A stretch of 64,000 bases of DNA from a virus (taxonomy: Duplodnaviria > Caudoviricetes): the IMG/VR virus record IMGVR_UViG_3300036770_005357. One strand, 5' to 3'. Of this stretch, positions 52,247-62,425 are shown in pieces. A program made the position numbers and the translations under genes. Position 1 is the first letter of the stretch; each line of letters starts with the position of its first letter. A model generated the notes under the pieces. The model did not search any database. It was not told where the DNA came from and saw nothing but the letters and a program-made list of their open reading frames with translations.

Positions 52247-53107
52247 TCAAGAAACCGTGACAATTCCAAAATAATCACTGCCACCCGTCGCCGGTTTACA
52301 ATAAATAAAAATACAATCATTAGCACTAATACTTAAACCACTAAATGTATAGGTTTGTACAGTATATTGTGTAACCGTTTTAGTTTGTGAAACTCCTTGA
52401 ATTGTTGCGGTAGAGAAATCAGATCCATTTGATGATTTATATACCGCTATTTCAGTACTATTGCTCGCAACACCATTTTGTCTTATATAAACATTAACCG
52501 TTGACAAACCAGATGCGGGAATCAAAAATGCCGAATCAGCAACAGTGCTGGCAGAAGCATCAGATGTTCTTGTAAACGCATTAAAATAAAATGCATTGGC
52601 ATTGCTTCTATTAGCACCAACTACTATACGAACAACAGATGTAGCAGATATAGGCGATGTACCACTTGTTCCACTACTACCAGTTGCGCCACTTGTACCG
52701 GCACTACCACTACTACCGGATGTACCACTTGAACCACTCGTACCACTAGACCCACTACTACCATTTTGACCACTAGTACCACTTGAACCGTTTTGTCCAC
52801 TACTACCAGATGAACCATCTTGACCACTTGTACCACTGCTACCTGTTTGACCGCTAGTACCACTACTTCCACCAGTACCTGTGTTACCACTACTTCCACT
52901 ACTACCAGATGTACCCGAACCACCTCCGCCTCCACCACCTACCGTTTTTTGTACAGTACCATCAGAGGTTATTGTAAGATATGTTGTATTGGATGGATTT
53001 GTTACAAGATTTGTTAATTTGATATATGAAGATGTTAATGAACTATCTACAACAACTTTACCTATTGCTGTACTACTTACCAATAATGTTGGTTCATATA
53101 TCTTCAT
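52247..53107 (-). CDS. short fibre/spike protein with Gly-X-Y tract
   Basis: GSSGTSG repeats between N- and C-terminal domains. Confidence 0.75.
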   Translation of the reverse strand: MKIYEPTLLVSSTAIGKVVVDSSLTSSYIKLTNLVTNPSNTTYLTITSDGTVQKTVGGGGGGGSGTSGSSGSSGNTGTGGSSGTSGQTGSSGTSGQDGSSGSSGQNGSSGTSGQNGSSGSSGTSGSSGTSGSSGSAGTSGATGSSGTSGTSPISATSVVRIVVGANRSNANAFYFNAFTRTSDASASTVADSAFLIPASGLSTVNVYIRQNGVASNSTEIAVYKSSNGSDFSTATIQGVSQTKTVTQYTVQTYTFSGLSISANDCIFIYCKPATGGSDYFGIVTVS

Positions 53108-53121
53108 TTGTTATATAAATA

Positions 53122-54354
53122 TTATGTTAGTTCTCTAACTATCAAAGATGGATATACCGTGTAAGTATTATCTATGGTTTTTATACCAACCGCTAATATA
53201 TCACTCGTATTATCTATTTTTCTACCCAAACCATAATATGGATCCAATACAATCATTTGTGCTACACTGTTAGCTGCTGTACCCGCAAAATATCCAGTAG
53301 CTATTACTGTGCCGGGATTCGTTATAACATTACCGGCTGCAACCACACCAACTTGCGTAACCACAGATCCACTTGCATTATTGTATGTTACATCATTTGT
53401 TACAGTCGGATTTACTAACAATTCCCATCTACCAGCAAAAGTACTACTGTTACCAGGCTTTATCAACAAATCCAATTGTTCAGGTATAATTTGAGCACAC
53501 TTGGATGTACTACTATTATATCTTAAAAATAATATTGCATCATATTCCGATGCACCAATTGTAGCACCGTTGTTACTAGTAACTACAACTCTTTTACCTG
53601 TATTATCAAAACCACCTTCACTTATAACAGTACTACAAACTTGCGTCATCAAACTACCGGTTGTAGTATTTTTGTGGGTACTCATTTCATATCTTACAGG
53701 CAAATTAGGATTTCTCAAGTAAACGGTTTCTAAACTATTGTAATTTGTTATTTCATGTACATATATCAACGCACCTTTTTGTACAACACCATATCTTATT
53801 CTACCTATACCCAACCATTCATAGTCCATCATGAAAATTTGTGCTTTATTTGTATCCAATATATTTGCACTAGGACCGCTGCCATTCATTTTATCTAAAT
53901 TCCAATTACTTTGACTTATGAATGTATCTGTTCTTACACCATTGATAGTTTTTCTAAGCACCACACCAAAACTACTACCACTCATTTGGAAAAAGTATCC
54001 GTTATCATCATCAAAACTACCAAAACTTTTCTTTATACCATCTACTCTGTTACCGAATTTGCCTGTACAAATAATTTGTTGAGATTTTCCCGGTTGATAT
54101 ACAAATATTCTTTTAGTTTGTTTTATTGCTCTACTACCACTTGTTGAAGTTACTTTGAATGTACTATCAGCACTACCACTATTCCATGTCACGGTAGCGC
54201 CTGTTGTAGTTTTGATATCAAAGTAGAAGCTACCACTGTCTACTACTTGTTTACTATCAAACAGAGTAGTTGGTTGACTTACACGCCATTTACCGAATGC
54301 GTCTATACTTGGACTATCGGCTGCTAATATTCTTGTTTTTTCAAAGTATGACAT
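53122..54354 (-). CDS. putative virion structural protein
   Basis: IDAFG.WRVS.PTTLFD ... YQPGKSQ ... GSFDDDNGYFF ... MDYEWLGIGR pattern common in large-phage virion regions. Confidence 0.7.
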   Translation of the reverse strand: MSYFEKTRILAADSPSIDAFGKWRVSQPTTLFDSKQVVDSGSFYFDIKTTTGATVTWNSGSADSTFKVTSTSGSRAIKQTKRIFVYQPGKSQQIICTGKFGNRVDGIKKSFGSFDDDNGYFFQMSGSSFGVVLRKTINGVRTDTFISQSNWNLDKMNGSGPSANILDTNKAQIFMMDYEWLGIGRIRYGVVQKGALIYVHEITNYNSLETVYLRNPNLPVRYEMSTHKNTTTGSLMTQVCSTVISEGGFDNTGKRVVVTSNNGATIGASEYDAILFLRYNSSTSKCAQIIPEQLDLLIKPGNSSTFAGRWELLVNPTVTNDVTYNNASGSVVTQVGVVAAGNVITNPGTVIATGYFAGTAANSVAQMIVLDPYYGLGRKIDNTSDILAVGIKTIDNTYTVYPSLIVRELT

Positions 54355-54357
54355 AAA

Positions 54358-55542
54358 TTATAATATCCAATATTGGTTTGTTCCATCACTTTGCACCATC
54401 ATATTTGTTCCTCTGTGACTAATACTTTGCGTCACATCATAATCTATATATGAAGCATTTGCTACAGTTACATGTACATCGTGACCAGTCTTATCTATTT
54501 TCTTTATATTATATATGTTTGTATTACCCACCGGATTTGGTAATACTACATTAAACGATCCGCTTGTAGCATCACATAATATCGTATAATCAGTGGTTCT
54601 TACAACTGTATAATTGTTATAAATTCTTCTTACGGGATAAGTTACACCGCTTACTTGTATATAACTACTTGTTGCTGTATAAAGTGCCCAACTACTTGTT
54701 ATGGGGTATGTGCTACCGGTTTGCAATAACGAACCACTTCTTATTTTCAAACCACTTCTACTTGCAATTGCCCATCCACTTTCACTTACGGGAAAAGTGA
54801 GCGTCACAACATTATTATTATTTAATTTTATGTTTGATGGTACAATTTGATTGTTACCATAATCGTATGCTTGTACTAGTACAGGCAAATCATCCAAATT
54901 ATGTGTAAATACCCAAGTACTACTACTAACAAATTGTTGTGCTACTGTATCGCCTGTTAAATCACATGTACATGGCGCCCAACTAGCACTTAGTGCCCAA
55001 CTACTTGTTATAGGATAGGTACTACCTGTACCTAGATAAAAACTTTGTGTTAATCTTTGTGTGACGCTATTTAAACCTCCCAACGAAGCTACTGCTGTAC
55101 CACAAGTGTCACGACTAAAAGCAATTATTGCTGTATTTTCATCGTATAAATTTATTACTTCAGGTATTAACTGATTGTTATACTCATCATATGTTTGTAT
55201 AACAACATATTGATTTCCCAGATTATGATTGAATGTCCAAATACTACTGCTACAAAATGAACCGGTTACACTTGAACCCACTGGACAGTTACAATTGAGT
55301 GCGTAACTAGCTGTTAGTGCCCAACTGCTTGTTATTGGGTAAGTGCTACCTGTATTTAGTGTAGTACCGCCTGAACCTGAAGGACAGTTACAATTGAGTG
55401 CGTAACTTGCTGTAACATTTAGAAATTGAACTTGACTACCGGTGCCGTCTAATACTATGCCACTATCATAGTATTGAAGTAACTTATTATAACTCTCACA
55501 TATTTTTTGTGAATTGAGGTTTTGTGATGGAAAAACCGGCAT
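54358..55542 (-). CDS. putative fibre adaptor with two W.F.HNL modules
   Basis: WTFNHNLG and WVFTHNL modules; three TGSTYPITSSWAL motifs. Confidence 0.7.
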   Translation of the reverse strand: MPVFPSQNLNSQKICESYNKLLQYYDSGIVLDGTGSQVQFLNVTASYALNCNCPSGSGGTTLNTGSTYPITSSWALTASYALNCNCPVGSSVTGSFCSSSIWTFNHNLGNQYVVIQTYDEYNNQLIPEVINLYDENTAIIAFSRDTCGTAVASLGGLNSVTQRLTQSFYLGTGSTYPITSSWALSASWAPCTCDLTGDTVAQQFVSSSTWVFTHNLDDLPVLVQAYDYGNNQIVPSNIKLNNNNVVTLTFPVSESGWAIASRSGLKIRSGSLLQTGSTYPITSSWALYTATSSYIQVSGVTYPVRRIYNNYTVVRTTDYTILCDATSGSFNVVLPNPVGNTNIYNIKKIDKTGHDVHVTVANASYIDYDVTQSISHRGTNMMVQSDGTNQYWIL

Positions 55543-55557
55543 ATCATATTATATTAA

Positions 55558-56085
55558 TTATAAACCTCTTTTAAGAATATTTTTGATAAGTTCTTTCTTT
55601 TCAGCTTTTGTTAACTTACTATTTTCACTTATCTTCTTTATTTCTTCATTAATATAACCAAGCACTATTTCCTTATCACTCAACACCTTTTCTTGTTTCT
55701 TCTTTGGTTCTTCTACAACCACTTTCTTTTTATCTTCTTTAACCTTGATTTCAATAAGTGGCTTTTGTTTGACGCTCTTAACTTCTTTGATTTCTACTTT
55801 ATTATATGTTTCAAATTCCACTTCACTTTCCCATGGCGTAATCAATTGATTTTCAACGATTACTTCCAATTTGATTTTGGCACTATCTTTTTCGGTGAAG
55901 TATTTCTTTAAACTTTTGATGGGTACACTGATACTATCTTTATCTATTTCTCCGTAGAAGACGAGGTTTACATCGTCACTTTCAATGATTAATCTTGCAC
56001 TACTATTTTTATATGAAGCGTTTTTGATACTTGCTTCACAGAGGAAAGTTTCTTCTTTGTCTAAGTATATGGTATAGGCACTCAT
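55558..56085 (-). CDS. hypothetical protein (Ig-like N-terminus, Lys/Glu-rich C-terminus)
   Basis: 175-aa ORF preceded by TATTTATA. Confidence 0.6.
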   Translation of the reverse strand: MSAYTIYLDKEETFLCEASIKNASYKNSSARLIIESDDVNLVFYGEIDKDSISVPIKSLKKYFTEKDSAKIKLEVIVENQLITPWESEVEFETYNKVEIKEVKSVKQKPLIEIKVKEDKKKVVVEEPKKKQEKVLSDKEIVLGYINEEIKKISENSKLTKAEKKELIKNILKRGL

Positions 56086-56140
56086 TTTAATAAATTATAA
56101 ATATAAATATATAAAAGATACTGTATTTGATTACTTAATT

Positions 56141-57013
56141 TTACTTAATTAAAGTCCAACCTTTATGAGATTTTATATGTCCTTTCTTTAAATTAGATAC
56201 TCCAGATCTAGACAATTTAAATTCAGTATAAAATTCATAAGCTGTACAAATTCGTGTTATATTTAAATTTGAGTTATAAAACTTGTAAATTGTTTTATCA
56301 TACGATGCATTATTTTCTCCCATATATAAACCAATTCTACTATCACTTAATTTTTTCCTAATTTCATTTGAATACTTTTTTCCTTTATTTGCAAGTCCTA
56401 TTTTCCGTTTATGATCTTCGCTTAGTTTTTTTCCTTTATTAAAAATATGTAGTTTTAATTTAGCAGCAGCTGTTAGTTTTATTCCTTTATGAACTTCTGA
56501 TAACTTTAATCTTATTTCTTCAGTTACTTTTCGGCCCGTATTTGCTTTACTAATTTTTTGTTTACTATACTCACTTAATTCACCACCTCGAGCGTCATAA
56601 TTGAGATTGTAACTCATTTTAGATTCAACCTTAACTATATCTAAGTATTTTTGTTCTACCAATAATAATTCTTCGCTTTTGACAAGTTCTATTATTTGAA
56701 ACTCAAAATTAGATTCGCCGTGTTTATTCCAAGCATTTTGTAAAAAATCATTGGGATGTTTATTTAATCGTAATACTCTTCTATGTTCATCCCATCTTTT
56801 TTGAATATTTTTAGAACTGCCTACATAATATTTTCCATCTATTTTATTAATTATCCTGTAAATCCCGCTTTTTATCGTAGTATCGTTCAAGATTTTTTCG
56901 CTTAATGTCTGTTCTGTTTCTAAGATAGTATCGCATTTGTCGTTCTCTTCTTTCTGCGATAAGTTCTTCAATTGGCCTGTTAAGTTTTTTTCTTCCCATA
57001 AATTATTATTCAT
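56141..57013 (-). mobile_element. free-standing GIY-YIG homing endonuclease with NUMOD3-like repeats
   Basis: SGIYRIINKIDGKYYVGSS..I..RW..H, E..Y, YNL; repeated S.EHKRKIG.ANKGK motifs. Confidence 0.88.
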
Positions 57014-57055
57014 ACTTTATAAATATAAAATGTAGAATAAAAAGTAGAAAAAATA

Positions 57056-57451
57056 TTAAGAAAGCAAGTTATTTAAATCGTTGTCACTATATCGTTTTAT
57101 GTTTTTAACATCTATACCTGCTTCTGACATCGTGTTAATAATAAACTTCACATCTTCAACTTTAACAAAAATATTTTTAGCTGGTAATTCAATTTTTTTC
57201 TTGTACTTTTTATTTGCACACTTTACATATATGTCTATTAAAATAGACCTTATTTCTTGATTTTTTTTCTGAAAGTCTAGCAGAGCCTTTTGTTGATCCA
57301 AGTAATCCCCATAATTTCCATCTCCCCATTCCTGTGGATTGCGAGCACCACCAAATACTTCTTCTATAACAGCACCTATACACTCTGACCACTTATTGCA
57401 TGTAGTGCCCCAAGTTTCACAGACATCACCAAATGTACCTGTAACACTCAT
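57056..57451 (-). CDS. hypothetical protein
   Basis: 131-aa ORF. Confidence 0.55.
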   Translation of the reverse strand: MSVTGTFGDVCETWGTTCNKWSECIGAVIEEVFGGARNPQEWGDGNYGDYLDQQKALLDFQKKNQEIRSILIDIYVKCANKKYKKKIELPAKNIFVKVEDVKFIINTMSEAGIDVKNIKRYSDNDLNNLLS

Positions 57452-58650
57452 ATTCCAAATCTTGTTCTCGTAGCATTAAAGTTTTGAAGCACTTCACTGG
57501 CAGATAATGCACGGTTGTATAGTTGAAAATTAGCTATATTACCACTATGATAATATGGACCTGGATTTGCAGAACCATCTATATTTGAACCTAAGCTAAA
57601 TTTAGGACTAGATGCTACTGCTCCAGTACTTTGTGACGCTGTATTTTTTAATACTCCATTTATATAAATTTTAACATTAGTACCATCAGCGGTTACCCCA
57701 ATATGATACCAAGTGTTTGTTGAAGGTACAATCCCAGAACTCACTCTTCCATAACCACTTCCAAATTCAAATACAAGTTCATCTGATACTACATTGAATC
57801 CATAAGCAAGTAATGCTAAACCGCCCGTCGGACCACCAATATCTCTGCCTATACATAACAAAAATCTATCTGAAGTTGGATCTGAAAAAGTAGCCCATAC
57901 AACAAATGAAAGAGTTGTGGTAGGAGGATTTGGTATTGAAGAATTTATAACATAATCATCTACACCATCAAATGTAATAACGCCAAGATTACTGGAACCG
58001 AATACAGGAGCATTAGTGAATGTTCCATTATTATTATTTCCACTTAAATCACGAAATGTTAGATTTTTTGTTCCATTAGTCGCTCCAACTGAAGCTACAT
58101 AATCCCCAGCAACCGTACCAAGAACAACTTGAGGACCCCATATGTAATATGTACAATTTCCAGTTGTATTTCTAAATTGCATTCCACGACTAGTATCACT
58201 AACAGAAGAAATATAATATGTATACCTCGTCCAAGTGGTTGTCAATGTTTGACTATAAGTCATATGACTATCATTTAAACCAAAATCTATAGTTTCACCA
58301 CCACTAGCACCTCTAGCGTATACCGTAACCGTATAACCTTTGCCTGATGATAAAATAACAGAAGGATATACCGAATATAACAACCCCCAAGCTTCAGTAT
58401 TATTGCAGGTTACATTGGATCCTCTTACTACTTTTATAGCTGTATTTGTACCTAATGGATCCGTTACATCTGTTGTATTATAAGTTATATTACTTGTTGG
58501 ACCACAATATCCACTCCAATTAGTGGTTAAAGTGTTTGTATAAGTCAATAAATTAGTAACAGGTTGTCCTGTACAACTTTTTCTATTAGCAGCATCTAGA
58601 TACAGTACTAAACCATTTCTTACAATATTTGGACCACGAATAAAAGCCAT
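57448..58650 (-). CDS. LamG-like protein with an inserted carbohydrate-binding-like domain
   Basis: GP.IV..GLVLYLDAANRKS, ~170-aa insert (TLTTTWTRY...WGPQ), then the LamG core. Confidence 0.8.
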   Translation of the reverse strand: MAFIRGPNIVRNGLVLYLDAANRKSCTGQPVTNLLTYTNTLTTNWSGYCGPTSNITYNTTDVTDPLGTNTAIKVVRGSNVTCNNTEAWGLLYSVYPSVILSSGKGYTVTVYARGASGGETIDFGLNDSHMTYSQTLTTTWTRYTYYISSVSDTSRGMQFRNTTGNCTYYIWGPQVVLGTVAGDYVASVGATNGTKNLTFRDLSGNNNNGTFTNAPVFGSSNLGVITFDGVDDYVINSSIPNPPTTTLSFVVWATFSDPTSDRFLLCIGRDIGGPTGGLALLAYGFNVVSDELVFEFGSGYGRVSSGIVPSTNTWYHIGVTADGTNVKIYINGVLKNTASQSTGAVASSPKFSLGSNIDGSANPGPYYHSGNIANFQLYNRALSASEVLQNFNATRTRFGI

Positions 58651-58661
58651 ATATCTAATAA

Positions 58662-59357
58662 CTATATACCAAATCTGCCTCTCGTAGCATTAAAGTTTTG
58701 AAGTACTTCGGTAGCACTTAAACCCCTATTATATAATTTAACATTTGCTATATATCCATTATGATATGTATGAAACCCAGCATAGCCAATTGTAACATTT
58801 TCATTAGACCATGCCCACGGCCCCCCCGCAGTTGCAGTTCCTATTGAAACTGCATTCAAATATAAAACATGTGCGTCACCAGAAGTAGTAGCTACTACAT
58901 GATACCATGTATTTAAACTTAATTGGGTAGTAGTAACATAAATACCAGGATCAGATCCTCCATATCTTTGCCATAAAAGATATCTATTAGGACCATAATA
59001 CCAAAGTCCAAATGTTCTATTATTAGCACCACCACTACTTGATCCAGTTCCAACAATTCTTACCCAATCGCTTGGAGATGAAGATATATAAAACCAAGAT
59101 TCAACCGTAATATTTGTTGTTAATTGTATGGAAGATCCTTGACCACAATTTACATAATCATTTGTACCGTCAAAAACAATAGTGCCACGACCGTTATTAC
59201 TAAAACCGGGACTATTGATTAATGTACTCGTATTACCATTATTACTTAAATCTCGCCAAGAATTACTACCACTAACATAACTTTTTCTATTAGCAGCATC
59301 TAGGTAAAGTGCCAGACCACTTGTTACGATTGATGGATTGCCTGCTATACCAGCCAT
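58662..59357 (-). CDS. LamG-like protein
   Basis: Conserved paralog termini; ITVESWFY, WYHVVAT, YNRGLSATEVLQNFNATRGRFGI. Confidence 0.8.
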   Translation of the reverse strand: MAGIAGNPSIVTSGLALYLDAANRKSYVSGSNSWRDLSNNGNTSTLINSPGFSNNGRGTIVFDGTNDYVNCGQGSSIQLTTNITVESWFYISSSPSDWVRIVGTGSSSGGANNRTFGLWYYGPNRYLLWQRYGGSDPGIYVTTTQLSLNTWYHVVATTSGDAHVLYLNAVSIGTATAGGPWAWSNENVTIGYAGFHTYHNGYIANVKLYNRGLSATEVLQNFNATRGRFGI

Positions 59358-59362
59358 AAATA

Positions 59363-59650
59363 TTAAATTGGCATAAAGCTACCTGTATTTGTCCATTCAG
59401 GTGTGCTTAATATGGTTAATATTTCTTCGTATGTATATGGACCTTCTTTTGTGGATAAACTACTTGTGAAATATGGAGCAACACCATCCCATTTGACGAA
59501 GGTTTTTGTGCCGTCAATACTTTTTCTTACAGTGTCTTCACTTGTTTCACATACTTTCGTAAAATCTACGAGATTAAGTTCACTTACATTAAATATAAGA
59601 AAACTTCTATCTTCGTACGGCGGTAAATTTGATGTTAGTTCTTCACTCAT
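59363..59650 (-). CDS. small tail-associated protein
   Basis: RKS.DGTKTFVKWDG ... EGPYTYEEIL.IL.T.EW pattern, usually next to LamG genes in large phages. Confidence 0.6.
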   Translation of the reverse strand: MSEELTSNLPPYEDRSFLIFNVSELNLVDFTKVCETSEDTVRKSIDGTKTFVKWDGVAPYFTSSLSTKEGPYTYEEILTILSTPEWTNTGSFMPI

Positions 59651-59664
59651 ATGTTTGTATATAA

Positions 59665-60393
59665 CTATAATCCAAATCGTGTCTTAACTGCATTAAAATT
59701 TTGAAGCACTTCACTAGCAGATAAAGTTCTGTCATATATTAATGTTTGAGCAACTCTTCCTGTAAAAGCTCTCTCTACACCCCCTAAACTAAATCCTTTA
59801 CCTATAGTAATATTATTCATTACCGCTATAAATCCAGTTGGACTGCCATATGAACCTCTTGATAATCCCGTTGAATTTCCGTTATAAAAAGTTGTTGAAG
59901 TATTTGAACTACCATTATATGTAATTCCAGCACAGTGCCAAGTATTTGCCGTTAATCCAGATTGAACAACTGCTTGTGTATAAAATGCATCATTATTATT
60001 AGTGATGTTTGAATAAACCCATGTAAGATTTCCAGCATCATTCATTTCTAATCTCGGACCTATATTTCCTGTAGTTCCATTATACCCATAATTACAATCT
60101 ATTGGATTTTCATAATTACTAACCGATGTTGGATAAAACCAAACAATTACAGAAAATGAAGCAAAAGAACCTACTAATGCTCCAGACGATGCATAATCAT
60201 CGCTGCCATCAAAAACAATACTTCCTCCATTAGAACTGTTAAATGTTGTAGCTCCAAAATTGTATAATGTACTATTATAACTAGTATTAGCTAAATTTAA
60301 CCAACTATTACCACTGCCTTTATAACTTTTTTTATTAGCGGCATCTAGATAAAGTACCAGACCACTTCTAACAATTTGCGGTCCAAAATTCAT
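59665..60393 (-). CDS. LamG-like protein
   Basis: GPQIVRSGLVLYLDAANKKSY ... YDRTLSASEVLQNFNAVKTRFGL. Confidence 0.8.
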   Translation of the reverse strand: MNFGPQIVRSGLVLYLDAANKKSYKGSGNSWLNLANTSYNSTLYNFGATTFNSSNGGSIVFDGSDDYASSGALVGSFASFSVIVWFYPTSVSNYENPIDCNYGYNGTTGNIGPRLEMNDAGNLTWVYSNITNNNDAFYTQAVVQSGLTANTWHCAGITYNGSSNTSTTFYNGNSTGLSRGSYGSPTGFIAVMNNITIGKGFSLGGVERAFTGRVAQTLIYDRTLSASEVLQNFNAVKTRFGL

Positions 60394-60406
60394 AACAAAC
60401 TACAAA

Positions 60407-60763
60407 TTAACCCAATGAACCTGTTGTTGCCCAAGGTAATGGCAATTGTACAACAGGCGGATTAATCAAATTATCAATTTGTGTTTGTACAGCACTTTCA
60501 TATGCCAACTTTTGTTCCTCACCCATTGATGTCCATACCCATCCCAATACTTCAGCTTCAGTCAATTGTTCATATGGTATAAATGCTGATCCTGAATGAA
60601 TACTCACACCATTACATCCATATACTCTACCATTATAAGTGCTTCCACTATACTCTTGACTGCCTAAACAATCCCAGTGTACATTGAATACTACATCAAT
60701 ATAATTGTCATACTTTGGATAAGAATCCATACATCCTACACGCCATGTAATTGTTGCACTCAT
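60407..60763 (-). CDS. small tail-associated protein
   Basis: W.V..MD...DVVFNVHW ... FIPYEQLTE..VLGWV ... QI....NPPVV.LPLPW. Confidence 0.65.
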   Translation of the reverse strand: MSATITWRVGCMDSYPKYDNYIDVVFNVHWDCLGSQEYSGSTYNGRVYGCNGVSIHSGSAFIPYEQLTEAEVLGWVWTSMGEEQKLAYESAVQTQIDNLINPPVVQLPLPWATTGSLG

Positions 60764-60781
60764 AATAATTTATATAATCCT

Positions 60782-61363
60782 TTATTTATAAATATACTTT
60801 TTAAGTATTTCCTTCAATTTTATTTCTTTAAGATTGTCACCCTCAAACTTTCTAGGTGTACTCAAATCAACCAACTTATATTTAATCGGTAAATCTTTTA
60901 TAGTTCTATATGTAGCCAATATGTTTTTGCTGCTGTCATCCACAAAGAATATATCATTATATCCTTCATTGTTTATCTTGTTCAATATCCAATTCGCTTT
61001 AGCCTGTGGATTGCCATCTCCTAAAGCTACTACATCTATATCCACATTAAAGTACTTCTTTATAATTTCTTTTATGTGAGGTATTGCTTCAGTGCCTCTA
61101 GCAGTCAATATCACATAAGATCTATTATCAGTACCAGCAGAAACAATCTTATAAAACCGTTTAGCTACAGGTCTTATCAATGTTGGATTTATTACTTTAG
61201 CAAATTGACTAAAATCAAAACGATCACCCGGCAGTGGTTCATACAAAGCATATTCAGCAGGTGTCATCTCTACCGTTTCACCACTTGATTTAGTTAATAT
61301 AACTTTACCTTCGGTTTCAAAAATTGTATCATCAAAGTCAAAAATGCGAAGCTTCTTTATCAT
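60782..61363 (-). CDS. HAD-superfamily phosphatase-like protein
   Basis: IFDFDDTIF (DxD motif I), ILTAR (II), K (III), FVDDS..N (IV). Confidence 0.8.
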   Translation of the reverse strand: MIKKLRIFDFDDTIFETEGKVILTKSSGETVEMTPAEYALYEPLPGDRFDFSQFAKVINPTLIRPVAKRFYKIVSAGTDNRSYVILTARGTEAIPHIKEIIKKYFNVDIDVVALGDGNPQAKANWILNKINNEGYNDIFFVDDSSKNILATYRTIKDLPIKYKLVDLSTPRKFEGDNLKEIKLKEILKKYIYK

Positions 61364-61548
61364 ATACAATAAGTATCATCAAATTTACTCTCAACTTGTG
61401 GCTTATAATCTTTGACTCGTTCCATGACAACATCTCGTTCACCGTTTGTATAAAACATCCAGTCTCGTATTTCTTCCCAACTACGACCACAACCAATACA
61501 GATTTGTTCGTTATCTAATTTGCAAATTCTTTTGCACGGACTCTTCAT
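61360..61548 (-). CDS. DUF1289-like small Cys protein
   Basis: SPCKRICKLD...CIGCGRS.EEI.DW. Confidence 0.8.
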   Translation of the reverse strand: MKSPCKRICKLDNEQICIGCGRSWEEIRDWMFYTNGERDVVMERVKDYKPQVESKFDDTYCI

Positions 61549-61674
61549 TATCTGTATTATATGTTATTTTCTTTATTAATTCTTTTGATAGTTGTACTAC
61601 CCTAAATAGTGATACTACACACACACCTAGTGATAATATATTTATTAGTGTTGATCCATCATTCATATTCATAT

Positions 61675-61911
61675 TCATATTATTATTTTCTTACATTGTT
61701 CATATAGTATACCAACATAAAACTTAATAAATCTTATGTTGTCATTAAATGTCAAAAATATTATGGAAATGTAAAAAGACATTTCAAACATTATTTTCGT
61801 CGTATCCTTAATCGTTAAAAGAACTTCCTTAAATTCTTTAAGAATTTCATTCAACTTTCTCAAATATTTTATTATTTCATCAGACATTAAATGATAAAAA
61901 CCTACCAGCAT
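61675..61911 (-). CDS. hypothetical protein
   Basis: 78-aa ORF. Confidence 0.35.
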   Translation of the reverse strand: MLVGFYHLMSDEIIKYLRKLNEILKEFKEVLLTIKDTTKIMFEMSFYISIIFLTFNDNIRFIKFYVGILYEQCKKIII

Positions 61912-61960
61912 TCGCCAGTAGGTTTTCGTTAAAAGTTATTCATTGTTAACTAAAACAATA

Positions 61961-62425
61961 TTACTTTTTCTTTAACTTCTTACCCTTCTCCAAAGCAGCA
62001 CCAATTGCTTTGCGTCTCTTCATCAAATACTTATCAGTACCATCCGTCTTACCATCATTGTTTACATCACTGTCTTCCTTACCAACCGGATCCATACCTT
62101 CTTCGTAACATTCTTCACAATCCAATTCAGCTAACATCTCTTCAATACTACTTTCTTCAAGAGTTTGACCAATACGATTCTTTAACATCTTACCAATTCT
62201 ACCAAATAAAGCAGCGTCACCTTTGTCACCTTTTGAAGCATTCTTCTTTTCGTGTTTATCAATTTGATGTACTAAATTCTTGGTTACCTTCGTTTCAGGT
62301 TCCTTTGGTTCAACCTTCTTAGGTTCTTCCTTCTTTTCACCCTTTTTAGCTTCTTCGTATGTGTCTTCAGCTACAACTTCTGAAAAAGCTTCACGAATTA
62401 GTTTCTTTAAATCTTCTTTGGTCAT
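61961..62425 (-). CDS. Lys/Glu-rich protein with D.DVNNDGK.D EF-hand/dockerin-like loop
   Basis: Start MTKEDLKKLIRE with AAGGAG upstream; VGKEDSDVNNDGKTDGTDKYL..RR.AI. Confidence 0.7.
   Translation of the reverse strand: MTKEDLKKLIREAFSEVVAEDTYEEAKKGEKKEEPKKVEPKEPETKVTKNLVHQIDKHEKKNASKGDKGDAALFGRIGKMLKNRIGQTLEESSIEEMLAELDCEECYEEGMDPVGKEDSDVNNDGKTDGTDKYLMKRRKAIGAALEKGKKLKKK

Noticed and set aside
30553-52930. Periodic DNA resembling a CRISPR array
   Set aside because: The periodicity (42 nt, 9 nt) is in frame with protein repeats; there are no constant repeats with unique spacers and no cas genes
42949-60393. Diversity-generating retroelement or shufflon acting on the lectin genes
   Set aside because: No reverse transcriptase, no TR/VR pair with adenine-specific mismatches, and no invertase or inverted recombination sites seen in this window
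61660-61680. ATTCAT microsatellite
   Set aside because: Only three copies, compatible with an MNMNMN start of a small - strand ORF or with chance
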